Source: Dipteris shenzhenensis (Eukaryota). From it: a stretch of DNA of 64,000 nucleotides. The notes below the pieces were generated by a model, which saw nothing but the letters and a program-made list of their open reading frames with translations, ran no database searches and was not told the origin of the DNA. Positions 26,701 to 38,500 of this stretch are shown here, one piece after another. Position 1 is the stretch's first letter. Every line of letters begins with the position of its first letter. The position numbers were made by a program, and so were the translations under genes. Where the stretch lies: NCBI GenBank assembly GCA_047967505.1, contig CM106538.1; one strand, given 5' to 3'.

Positions 26701-28321
26701 TGCAGATGCGGGAAGAGCCAGAAGCCCAGACCCGTGAACTGACTGCTTTGCGGCTGAGAAAACCGACTGGGAGGGAGGGGAAAGAGTAGCTCATCGAACC
26801 AGGGACTCAGTGGTCACAAGTAACTTCCATAGCTTGAGACAGTATTTGTCATTGTACTATAGACATTTGCCATCTATAACTCTTGAAGCCCATTCTGTTT
26901 TTTCTGTGATCAGCTATGTGTGAATGACTGTAAGTATGTTGGTGACATCAACAATGCATATATTTCAACATAGGTTTGTCATGTTTAAAGTTAAACTAAT
27001 CTTAGTGCTCTGAAAAGACTCTATCTCAGCACGCACATCTAGTCAGGAAGATGACTCAAGAGACTGAGATGAATGATTAGACTAGTCCAGTATATGATAT
27101 TGAAAAGCTTTTTTCCCATTTTGAAATCTTCTGACGTTGGAATGATTGGTTGGGTCAGGATATCATTTTACAAGAGAATATGTCTGGACACTGAAGCAAG
27201 TTTGAATTCTAGGTTAAGATTTATCGATTTCTTACAGAGATGGTCTGTTGGGTTATGGTTCTGACAGCCAGAACGCCTTTTCTACAAAGACAGGCTTAAG
27301 GTGTTTAGTGAAGCAGTGGCAGCGACCCGTGCACGTGGCATCACCGAAAGTAAAGATTTTCAATCAAGCATTGATCTACTTCTTAGGTTTTGCCTCTTGT
27401 TTTGATCTCTGTAAGCATCATAACAGTCTTAAGTTAGGTGTCTATAGTCAGTGGTTTCTTTTAACAAAATCTTTATTCATGACAGAGGGATATACGAAGA
27501 GTAATGCCTGCAAGGCACACATCTGGCAATAAATCTTCTTAAAGATGCCACAAATTGTATAAGCCATAGGGGAAAAAAATCAATGCAGAAAAAAGAAATT
27601 ACAGCTAGTTCTTTAAATTGCATTCCAGTAATATTGTAAAACAATCTGATGGCAGTACAAAGGACCATACAGAATTCGATATTGTTATGGAGAGTGTCAA
27701 GCGACAATTAGAGGTGAGTTTGTCACGTTACTAACATTTCTCATAAATCATTGGCATAAGTTTCTTTATATTTTTACAATTAAAAGAGATTACAGGGCTG
27801 ACGGTCATTTCCCTCATGGCTTTACATTGTGAATTGGGATACACAAAATCATTGCAATGTCAAGATTTCAACTGATCAACCTTGCAAATGTTCCTGTTTG
27901 GACCATGCTCTTTATAGGATGGAGATTCTATCACTTAATTGAATTTATGACTGATTATGAGATGTAAATTGCATTAAATGTCGTTGGATGCTTGCCTATT
28001 ACTTTCCACAGATGGTCTGCAAGGATGTGGAAGTAAAGTCCTACAAAAGTCTTATCAAACAGGCTAATGTGCAGCATCTATATGGCCGTTTGGTTGGAGA
28101 ACTCTCTGACTGTGATAGTGAAGTATGCTCACTCTTCCCTGTCATATTTCTGAAAAGCTAAGGTTAAAGTTGCTTTTGATTACTGTTTGCCTACCCGGCC
28201 ATGGCTTTTAAAGCTACCTTAATAACCCTTGTGTAGCTGGATTTATTATCGGTTCTGCATCCAACTCCAGCAGTATGTGGACAACCTCAAGGACTCGCGA
28301 AAAGGTTTCTTAGTGAAGCAG
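14648..28321 (+). CDS. ICS: Isochorismate synthase (ICS/MenF family), partial: six exons joined 14648-14722, 14824-14892, 27268-27386, 27656-27713, 28012-28122, 28237-28321
   Basis: All exons have AG/GT borders and splice in frame with no stop. Product: [172 protein letters not shown]. Motifs (K)VVLAR, AYQFC, FIGxTPERLF, SEAxAATR, VQHLY and LHPTPAVCG are characteristic of plant ICS/MenF. Confidence 0.95.
14824..14892 (+). CDS. ICS: ICS exon b ([23 protein letters not shown])
   Basis: tttgcag|GAGAAA...AGTACT|gtaagt; 69 nt. Confidence 0.95.
15945..16290. repeat. Diverged dimer of a roughly 180-bp unit
   Basis: TTATTAATGG...GGGGATACCT.TAACAAG starting at 15945 and at 16125. Confidence 0.75.
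16650..17209 (+). mobile_element. 5'-truncated LINE 3' end
   Basis: [17 protein letters not shown] resembles the L1 ORF2 C-terminal W.IW..R motif; A12 tail at 17198-17209. Confidence 0.6.
20885..21604. mobile_element. 720-bp non-coding insertion with about 143-bp terminal direct repeats, inside the YVDD codons of the C2 RT
   Basis: TGTCATAGTAGC...CTAGGTATAT starts at 20886 and at 21457; ATATCATCC flanks both sides (20876-20884 and 21605-21613). Confidence 0.8.
25141..25560 (-). repeat. GTAC(GG) motif array in the C2 leader
   Basis: About 30 GTAC in about 420 bp by hand count. Confidence 0.85.
26200..26450. repeat. GA-rich polypurine low-complexity tract
   Basis: Imperfect (GGAAA/GGGAAA)n. 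Confidence 0.85.
27268..27386 (+). CDS. ICS: ICS exon c ([24 protein letters not shown]...)
   Basis: tgacag|CCAGAA...CTTAG|gttttg; 119 nt, ends in phase 2. Confidence 0.95.
27656..27713 (+). CDS. ICS: ICS exon d ([20 protein letters not shown])
   Basis: ggcag|TACAAAG...TTAGAG|gtgagt; 58 nt, phase compatible with exon c. Confidence 0.93.
28012..28122 (+). CDS. ICS: ICS exon e (MVCKDVEVK...[18 protein letters not shown])
   Basis: ccacag|ATGGTC...AGTGAA|gtatgc; 111 nt. Confidence 0.95.
28237..28321 (+). CDS. ICS: ICS exon f ([17 protein letters not shown]...)
   Basis: gtgtag|CTGGAT...GAAGCAG|gttagt; 85 nt. Confidence 0.95.
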
Positions 28322-28779
28322 GTTAGTCATCTGTGGAATCCTTCTAGCAGATTTGCAGTCTGCTGTCTTTTTTTACCTATCGTTGTATTGTCTAGGTCTG
28401 TCTACCAGGGCATGCAAATTGGAAAAGCTAAATAGCTATACTCGCTCAGAATTTGTGGATGAAAGTAATTGAATATTGCCTTTCTTAGTAATCAATGAAT
28501 CAGGGACTGATATAGAGGCACAAGAAGCGAACCTAACTTGAGAAGTTATGGTAAGGCAACTGCTATTTTATCAGGGTTTTGCTTGTCTTAGCATCCTACC
28601 ACTTTTGTTTAAAGTGGGTTAAAGTTCAGGATTAGTGGTCTAACCTGAAGGGCTCTTCTGCGTTGCTTGCAATTAGCTTGACTAACACATGTTGGTTTTC
28701 TTATCGTGTCTCATTTCTCTTGCCTTTGTGCATGTGTTCCTTACACTTTTCTCATAAGTAGTCATGTTCTGGACTGACT

Positions 28780-29400
28780 TTGGTTTTATATTTCTTAGTG
28801 AATGAAATGAAAGTCTGAGAAAATTAAAAAACCTGGTAAGAATGAGGACTGTGGCTGAAAATGCCACATCATTGTGATGGTCTCAGAAATGAAAAGACAG
28901 CCCCTCCACTCACTGAGAAAAATTGTCCTCTTTGCAGATGCAGACCTTGCATCCTTGACCAAATAACCATCTAATATCTGTCCAGATACTGGCATGGTAC
29001 GAGCTGGGTGGACCTAGGTGCCATCAATAGCCTGTGTGCATCTAATCTCCCAGAAATTGTCCACTAATGCATGTGTAGGCGTGTGCTGAGAGACAAGGAT
29101 GACATGAAGTCGACAAACTGTACACAATGGTGCGGAACCATGGTAGCCTGAGAGCAGTCTTGACTCATAAAAACACTTGAGGCCCAGCAAGTGAAACCCA
29201 GGCCCACTGAAGTAATGAACAAAGGGGAGAAGCAAAATCTGCCCACAAGCTTTGCTGTCCTGATCCTAATGTTCCAGGCATATGTTGCTCTCAAAGAGGC
29301 AGTGCTAAATACACTCATCAGCTGGATAAGCATCGTGGACAAGAGGGATCAGCTTCAAAATACTGCTCCATAGATTTACTGTAATTCCTCCATAAATTGA
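28780..29400. pseudogene. Second remnant of the unidentified coding family seen at 2590-3383
   Basis: Shared translated blocks (see first copy); multiple stops. Confidence 0.55.
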
Positions 29401-29574
29401 CAGCCAGAAGAAGACAGTGACGTTCCTATCCTCGAGGGATTCCTAGTACCTCATCCAAAATGCTCTCTATCTCTCCAAAGTGATGTGAAAGCTCTTTTTT
29501 GGCATTGCTGACGACAAAGTCAAAGAAAAATCCCCTTTTGCTGAGAGCACCCTTTACCTATCAATGGTACCATC

Positions 29575-32500
29575 TATGAAGAACCACACTTTTCGAAAAT
29601 GCAAATGTGTGCAATGCATGCAGAATTTGAATGCCGATTGGCCCTCCAATGGGGAAGAGCGCCCTCGTGAGAGTACTTGTTTCTTTTTCGACCTACATGC
29701 AAGGTGGGAGAGAGATGACGGATGAATGCAATGTGGTAGAGAGAATGCTACGTGAGATTTCCAATGAAAGGGTGATACCCTTTCATTAATGTCCCTTGAG
29801 ATCACTCAAGTTCCATCTTCCCATTTACACCTACCCTTATCCTATGACCCATGCACCTACCATTCAATGCACTCTAATGCACCCTTTCCCTTTCCTATTG
29901 CCCCTAGGACCTAGACACGCGTGTGCACATCTTTATTACTAATCATTGGCCAATGTTACATAGTTTTGGCGGTACTATTTACACCGCTTGATCGATCATA
30001 AATACAAACATATAACCGCACCATCAAATTGGCGCCTAACAATAATAAGGTTCTAATGACTATTAATTAACTAAATAATCATTTCTCTTGTCATGACACT
30101 CCCTCCTGCTTGAATGAGCAGAAGTCCTCTTCTGGATTATTGCTTGTCTCTTCCTCTTATGTGCACTTTCTCTTGTTACTCCTGCCATTGCATCGCCTCT
30201 TTGTAATCTGCGAGTATTTGTGGAAAATCTGTAAAGAACTCTTCTTCCATCCATTGTGCATCACTAGCTGGCTGGTTTTTAAACTTCAGTAAATACATAG
30301 ATCTCTTCTTTCCACGAGTACTCTTCTCTTTATGGTACACGATCTGTTCCGGAGTAAGAACTGCAGTCCCATCTTCAAGTTCAGGTTCTTCTTGATGCTG
30401 AGTATCCAAAAACGCAGAAGTATCGCCATGGTATCTCTTCAAATTGCTCACATGAAAGATGTTCTTCATATGCTAGTGGGCTGGTAACTTCAGCTCATAC
30501 GCTCTGGATCCTTCTTCTGGATATAAAGCTGCTGAAATCTGAAATGGACTATAAAACTTCGGTGCTAGCTTGACATGTTTTGTACTTCCTCTCACTGACT
30601 TGATTTTTCTTTTATCAATCTTCAATAAAACCCAATCATCCTTGTAATAAACTTCTTTTCTTTTTTTATTGGCTGCCTTGGATCGTTGAACCTGGGCCCT
30701 CTTAATATGTTCTTTTACCTGCTCAATAACCTGTGACATATCCTCAGCAAACTGGTCAGCAGCAAAAATGCGCTCCCCCAAGTGTGTTATTGGAGTGGGT
30801 AAACATTGCCCATAGATGATTTCAAATGGGGCTTTCTTGGTGGAAGTATGTACAGTGTTATTATGTCAAACACTCTCCTATTCTAGACTCTACTGCAGAT
30901 CACGGGAGCAGCACCATGAATCACCTCCCAGCCAATTCTTGTTAAGGCTAGCAAGCAGACAGAGATCTTCGTTCCAGAAATTCACGTGAATAGTTTCCTT
31001 CTCTTCTCTCTCTAGCCTCAACAAGCCCCAATTCCCTAGATAGATCTAGATGCCACATGTCGTCCATATAGGGCCTTCCTAATGCAACATTTCACCCCTC
31101 TCTTGGGATGCATTAAATCCCTTGTCCCTAGGCACAATCTTTGCACTAGGCCCTTGCTTAGATCTACCTAGTCTGGTGCTATCAGCCCTCACCTAGGACC
31201 TTGACATTAAATTTCTCCCGATCATTTACATGAAGCGCAAACACATATATTACAGAGATAGATCCTTTAAGGGAAATGTCGACTGATTCTTCCGAGGTCA
31301 TGCTACCTCGGCTAGAGCATAACAATCCTTCCCTCTTCAGACATCAGCGTCCTCGATGATAAAGTCTGGGAACACTCTCCGCAAATGATATATGGATTCC
31401 CAGGTAGCTTCGGATAGAGGCTGACCATGCCATGCAACCAACACCGTGGGTATCTTCCGATTTCGTATTTGCATTGCTCCTCGGTCCAGGATTCTTGTTG
31501 GTTTGTGCCTTGCAATATCCTCTATCTCCTGAAACAAAACCACACCTTCGATTAGTGAGTCACCAGTATGTAAAAATTTCTTTAAGCGCGAAACATGAAA
31601 AACCGGGTGCACCTTACACCCCTGTGGCAATTCTAATTTATAGGCTACACTGCCTATTCTCTTTAGAATTAACCACGGCCCACAGTATCGAGGTGATAAC
31701 TTAGCACACTCTCCTGAAGTCAACGACTTCGAGTGCGAAGGAACTCTGAGAAAAACTTTTTCTCCTTCCTTAAATACTCTTATAGACCGGTTTTCATCCG
31801 CATATACCTTGGCTCTATCCATAGTCTGGCGGATATAAGCTCTCGCAAGTGCTAGCATCTCCCGCATCTGAACTACAAAGTTTGCGGCACTAGGCACTTT
31901 CTGAGGTACTCCAACTATAGTTGGATTGGCTGGTCTATAACCATAGTTCAGCTCAAACGGACTGAACCCGGTAGAGGAATGTTTTCTATCATTGTAGGCA
32001 AACTCCAACAATGGCAACCACTTGTCCCACGTATGTTGCCTCAATGACACATATGCTCTCAGCATATCCTCGAAAGTTTGGTTGACTCTCTCCGTTTGAC
32101 CATTCGTCTCAGGATGATCCCCACTACTCATTCCCAACTCAGTCCTTAGTGTCTCAAATACCGCTGTCCAAAAATGACCGGTAAATCTGACATCTCTGTT
32201 TGACACTATGGATCTAGGCAATCCATGCAGACGAAATATATGTCTAATGAACAAATCCGCCACTTGCGGGGCAGTAACAGACTCTCTAGTCGGAATGAAG
32301 TGAGCCATCTTGGTTAGACGATCAACCACCACAAGGATAGAATCATACCCCCCTTGTGTCGTAGGCAGCCCTACAATAAAGTCCATGGAAATGCTCTCCC
32401 ACTTACTTAGTGGTATTTCCAAGGGTTATAAAAGTCCGGGTGGCTTCACCCGCTCGGCCTTGCTTACCTGACACGAGAAACACCGTGTCACATATTCATG

Positions 32501-35500
32501 AATATGCTTTTGGTCAAAAGAAATCTCGTTTCACGAGATCATATGTCTTCTCGACCCTTGGATGTCCCGCACACGGGCTATCATGGCACTGCCGAATGAC
32601 TCTCTGCCTGAGATCATTCTGACTAGGTACTACAACCTTGCCATTCCTAACTAGCATACCATCCCTTATGATATATCTTGCATAAGTTTGGCCTTTTCTG
32701 GATGCCAGGTCATCCTTTTCTCTTTCCCTGGGTTTTAACACATGAGCTTTAGGCCACAAGCTCTGGACAAACTCATCCACTTTTTGAGTTTCTCTTATCT
32801 CGGTCATTAGAGCACTCTCTAATACCGTGAAACTCAGGTTGTGCATAATGCGAGACAACGCATTGGGCACCTTATTATCTTTTCCTCTTTGGTACCGAAT
32901 CGTTAGATTAAACTCCTGCATGAGCTCTGCCCACCTAGCTTGGCGGCTCCTTAAGTTAGGCTGTTTACAAAAATGTTTCAGAGTATCATGATCCACATCC
33001 ACATAAAACTCTGAACCATACAAGTAATGCCTCCATGTTTTCAAAGCATGGATAACAGCATACAACTCCAATTCATGAGTTGGCCAATTCCTTTGAGAGG
33101 GAGAAAGCTTCTTGCTTTCAAAGGCTACTGGCCTTCGCTCTTGAAGGAGAACTGCTCCTACCGCAATGCCACTTGCATCGGCTTCTAGGAACAACGGTTT
33201 CTGAGGATCAACTATTTTTAACACCGGTCCTGTGACCACAGCTTGTTTTATGGCGTTAAAACTTTCTTGTTGATTATGTCCCCCAATAAAAGGTACTTTA
33301 TCTGAGGTCAGATCAGTCAATGGCGATACTATTCCGGAATATCCTTTGATATGCCGTCTATAAAACTGGACAAATCCCAAGAATGATCGCAACGTGGCCA
33401 GACTCTGAGGGATTGGCCAAGTCAGTATCGCAGCCACTTTCTTCGGATCCATTTCTACCCTCTGTGGAGTAATTATGAACCCTAAATATTTAAGCCTAAC
33501 CATACACAGTATAGTTTTCTTTTTATTTACATAAAGACTGGCTTTCCTGAAAGTACTGAACACTACTCTTAAGTGTTCATGATGCTCAGTAAGACTTTTA
33601 CTGAATATTAGGATATCATCAATAAAATGTGCTACGAACTTTCCGATCTACGGACGTAGTAAATCGCTCATAAGCATGACGAATGTCGCTGGAGCATTGG
33701 TAAGTCCGAAGGGCATTACCAAAAACTCATAATGACCAAACCTGCTTCTAAAAGCGGTTTTATGCACATCCTCGGCTCTAATCCGGATCTGATGGTAGCC
33801 ACACTTAAGATCTATCTTACTGAAAATCACGGCTCCATGTAATGCATCTAGCAAATCATCAATCCGAGCCATCGGATATCTGTGCTTAACAGTGATATTA
33901 TTCAATGCTCTGTAATCTATACAGAGGCGAAACGTATCATCCTTTTTCTTCTTTAATATCACTGGCGAAGCAAAAGGTGAGAAATTTGGTTGAATCTGCC
34001 TCAACTTGAGGTATTCTTCCAGTTGTCTGCGCACCTTCGCCTCTTCAATAAAACTCATTCTATAGGGAGGACTATTTACAGGTTCTGCCCCCGGGATCAG
34101 ATCAATCTTATGTTGAACTTTCTGCTCTGGAGGTAACCCATAAGGTAGTTCATCCCTAAAACATACAGAGAACTCCTTTGTTATAAGATTAGCCAGCTTG
34201 GCCATCTCACCACTTTGCGTAACATCAGCCGGCTCTACCGATGCTGTGCAAAGGAATAAAAACTCTACTTGAGCTTTTCGGATTTCCATTACGAAAACCA
34301 ACGGTCCTTGAGGTATATCTTTTTCACCTCGCAAGACATAAAGCATATCATTCATCTTGAATTGATATACGTGCTTTTTCCAATCAATGGCTGGATTCTT
34401 CTTAGAATGCCACGCCATACCTAGGGCTATATCTGCATGAGTAAGCTTGGTCATTTCAAAATCAAGCTTCTCAGCATAGTCCTGAATCCGAAGCTCCAAC
34501 TGGGTAACCCTTTGGTCCCATACTTCAGTTGAACTTCCATCTGCCATCCTGACTGTATACGCATAGTCAGATGGACTTGTCTTTAATTTCGGCCTCTTCA
34601 CGAGGTTGGAGTTAATCACATTGTGAGTTGACGCTGAGTCAAACAACGCAATGACATCATGATTGGCCACTTGTCCTTTCATTTTAATTAACTCCGTATC
34701 ATTAAAGGCTGTATACCCCGTTGCTGCGGGCTTAGATAGGATGTTATCAGGTGCACTCGTCACTAGCTTAGCAACAGATACACATAACAAACAAGGTACT
34801 AACCTCTGAGAAGATCCTGCTAGCTGAATTTGCATCTCTTCCGCTCTGGGACTTCCCTCCATCTCCACGTCGCACTCTGAGATCACCATCTCAGCCATCC
34901 GACGATCTTTGTTACGTGGACAATCCTTCCACTGATGAGGTTGAAGGCAACAAAAGCATAAGCCTTCTCTCCTCGCTTTTTTCCTTTGTTCTGGGTTTAA
35001 GGGAGACTTAGACCAAGCCCTGGCTGCCATTGGGGTTACTTTCCTTTTCACTCCAATGGTGGTACGTGGTTTAGGAGTTTCAGCCGGTCTCGCCTGCTTG
35101 GCTTGACCACTCGGTTGCGAACCACTCCCTCTACTAACCCACTTCTTCTTAAACCCAGATTTCTTCGGATACCCATACTGGGTTCTGATCTGTGCAAACC
35201 CACTTGGTTTGCTACCCTTGGCATCCTCATAGTTCAGGGCTATAGCTATTGCATCATCTAACGTGTTCGCGTACTTAGCCCGAACTTCCATTTTTATTCG
35301 ATCATTCAATCCAAATATGAAATCTTTCACTTGGATTGATTGAGGCAGGGGTTCATCAACCTTCATTACTCTCTCGAAACTTATCAGTGTATTCTGCCAT
35401 TGATAAATTTCTCTGACGAAGGTTCCTATATTAATCCCAAGCTTGGGATGCTTCGTCAGGAGGTAAGAAGTGTTTCCTGAACTCTCTTTTAAACCCCTAC

Positions 35501-38500
35501 CAGGTAGTGGATGCTATACCATCTTTTTGTTGTTTAATCCACCACTGATCTGCTGCCTCACTGAACATGTGGGTGGCCTCGCGGATCTTCTTGATGTCAT
35601 TTCTGATTTCACAAATGGCGAACGCCTCGTCCCATTTGTGTAACCAGGTCTCAATGACATCGGAGCTACGGTCGTTCATCCGACCAGAATACTTTTCCGG
35701 TCTGTAATTGGCAATATTTGGCACTTTAGCCTTCCTAGGCTCGATCGTATGGACACTAGACTCCAGTTCCATTGGAGCCTTTCCCTTCTCCTCTCGAGAA
35801 GGTCTGGCAGACATACTATGTATCGCTCTCCTAAGTTCGGACTGTCCTGCATTGGCCTGTAATTGCTGCGCTAACAAGTGTTGCAAGGCATCCTCCAGCA
35901 ATGCAATCCTGCCAGCTAAAGTATGAGCTACTGGGCGCGATCCCTGCTGGGTCGGTCGGACTCCTGATTCACCAGCGTCCCTCCTGGAAGCTCCTTCTTC
36001 TGCTTCCATTCCGTTCAATGGGTGTCTTGTTTTGTTTTGTTTTTTTTTAAAATAAATATAAATAAACACCTCTAGAAACTGTATTTACAGGCTGATACAA
36101 TTCAGTGTACTAACAGTCTGGCACAATTCCCTATACTAGGGAATTCCTGCAATTCCACATGCACACTGACTAGGCATTTGATATAAGTATAACCCAAATA
36201 GCGCTTTTCCCTTTACTAGGGAAGCTCCTGCAACAAACTCTGACTGAAGCACCCAGGCATATCCTCAAGCATAATCTGTCCTTGCTATAACATCATAAAC
36301 TGCGACCTCTGCTAAAACCACAGAAGTCTAACTGCTTCTGACAAAACAAGAATAACGAAAACCAAAAGGGAAAATAGATAAAGTGCTCCCTGGAAACTCC
36401 CCGCAACTTGCAGCCTGCACGTACGGCCTGCTCTTAGATCTTGATCGTCAACCTGTCGCCTGGCCTCATAGTCTCACAAGTCATCCGTAATCTCTGACTG
36501 TATATGCGCCAGGGAAGCAGTCGACAGTTGTTACCAACAGCTCTCCACGGGTTTCTCTATGCACCGAATAGCCTTCAGCAAGGTCACCTCGACACAGCAG
36601 CGACACCTTCTACCGACCAGCGAGTTGCAGTCAGCCACGTAACATGTCGAAGGCGAATCGCTCCCACGAAACAGTCAACAAGCCTCTGCCCACGAACTCC
36701 TGGCGTCAACGGAGAAGACGGCCAGATCCACTTCTGTTGAAAAACGCACATGCATCATACGCCCACGCCGATCCTTGTTAACCTGCGCTCGAGCTTCGAC
36801 ACTTGCGTGTCCATTCCATTACCTTCCCTTGGGCTTCCTATTTATCTGGTCAGCCACCAAGTACCGATGTCGAAGGACCATCCAGAAACCTTCCGCTCCA
36901 ACACAGCTTCACCGCGTGCGTGTCCCGCTCCTAATTCATGGACGTCGGAGGTTACTAGCCGCTCCACCTGTACTCCAGACACGATTCAGAAGCCTCCGTC
37001 CGTCGTAGATAACGTCCGAATTCGTCGAATGCCCGCATGGGATTTCCGTCAAGGTAGTCCACGCCAAACGATACGTAGGCCAATTGTCTGTCGTCACCAC
37101 GTAGCACCACCAGTCAGTCCGTCGATTTGGCGCTCAGGTCGTTCGACGATCCCACTCTATCCTTCCATCCCCTTCATAGCCACGCTCTGATACCAATTGT
37201 CAAACACTCTCCTATTCTAGACTCTACTGCAAATCACGGGAGGAGCACCATGAATCACCTCCCAGCCAATTCTTGTTAAGGCTAGCAAGTAGACAGAGAT
37301 CTTCGTTTCAAAAATTCACATGAATCATTTCCTTCTCTTCTCTCTCTAGCCTCAACAAGCCCCAATTCCCTAGATAGATCTAGATGCCACATGTCGTCCA
37401 TATAGGGCTTTCCTAATGCAACATTTCACCCCTCTTGGGATGCATTAAATTCCTTGCCCCTAGGCACAATCTTTGCACTAGGCCCTTGGCCTTAGATCTA
37501 CCTAGTCTGGTGCTATCAGCCCTCACCTAGGACCTTGACATTAAATCCCTCCCGATCATTTACATGAAGCGCAAACACATATATTACAGAGATAGATCCT
37601 TTAAGGGAAATGCCGATTGATTCTTCCGAGGTCATGCTACCTCGGCTAGAGCGTAACATATTATAAGCAAACTCTAACATGAGTAAGAACTCTGGCCACC
37701 TTCTAGGTTGGTCATGGACATAAGCTTGAAGTAAAGTAATTATGGTTTGATTGGCATTCTTACTTTGTCCATCTCCTTGAGGATGTAAGGCTGTAGTAAA
37801 TTTCAGTTTGGTTCCGAGATTCTCTAATAGGGCTGTCCAAAAGCTGCTAATGAAACGGCCATCATTATCGGATACAATGGATTTTGGTAACCCCTGTAAC
37901 CTAAAGATTTCCCTAATGAATAACCTTGCTATTTTAGGAGCAGACAACTTTTTTTTACAGGGAATAAAATGAGCTTGTTTACTCAGCGTATCTATAACAG
38001 TTCTAATTTGCTCAAACTGACCAACCTTGGGGAAGTCGGACACAAAATCCATTGTAATGTGTTTCCACCTTTCCGAGGGAATAGGCAAAGGCCGTAAAAG
38101 ACCAGCAGTCTTACTTGTGTAAGATTTAATGCGCTAACATACGTCACATTGTTGAACAAAGGTCGAAACTTCTTTGCGAAGTTTAGGCCAATGGAAGTAT
38201 CTCTCAATATTGTCAATGGTCCCTCTAATGCCTCTACGTCCAGAATATGGACTCGCATGTAACTCACTCATGACTAGATACCGAAATGTTTTGGGTACAC
38301 ATATGGCACGTCCCAAAAATAAGTATCCATCCACGATGGAATAAGCCTCTAAATCCCCGACCTCATTACGCTGAATCTTCCCATAAATGTCAGCGAAGTC
38401 CTCGTCTAAAGGATAAGCTTCAACCATTGCTCCTAATGATTTCTCCTTAATCACAGAAACGTGATTAACTTGGGGCCGCCTACTCAAAGCATCAACTACT

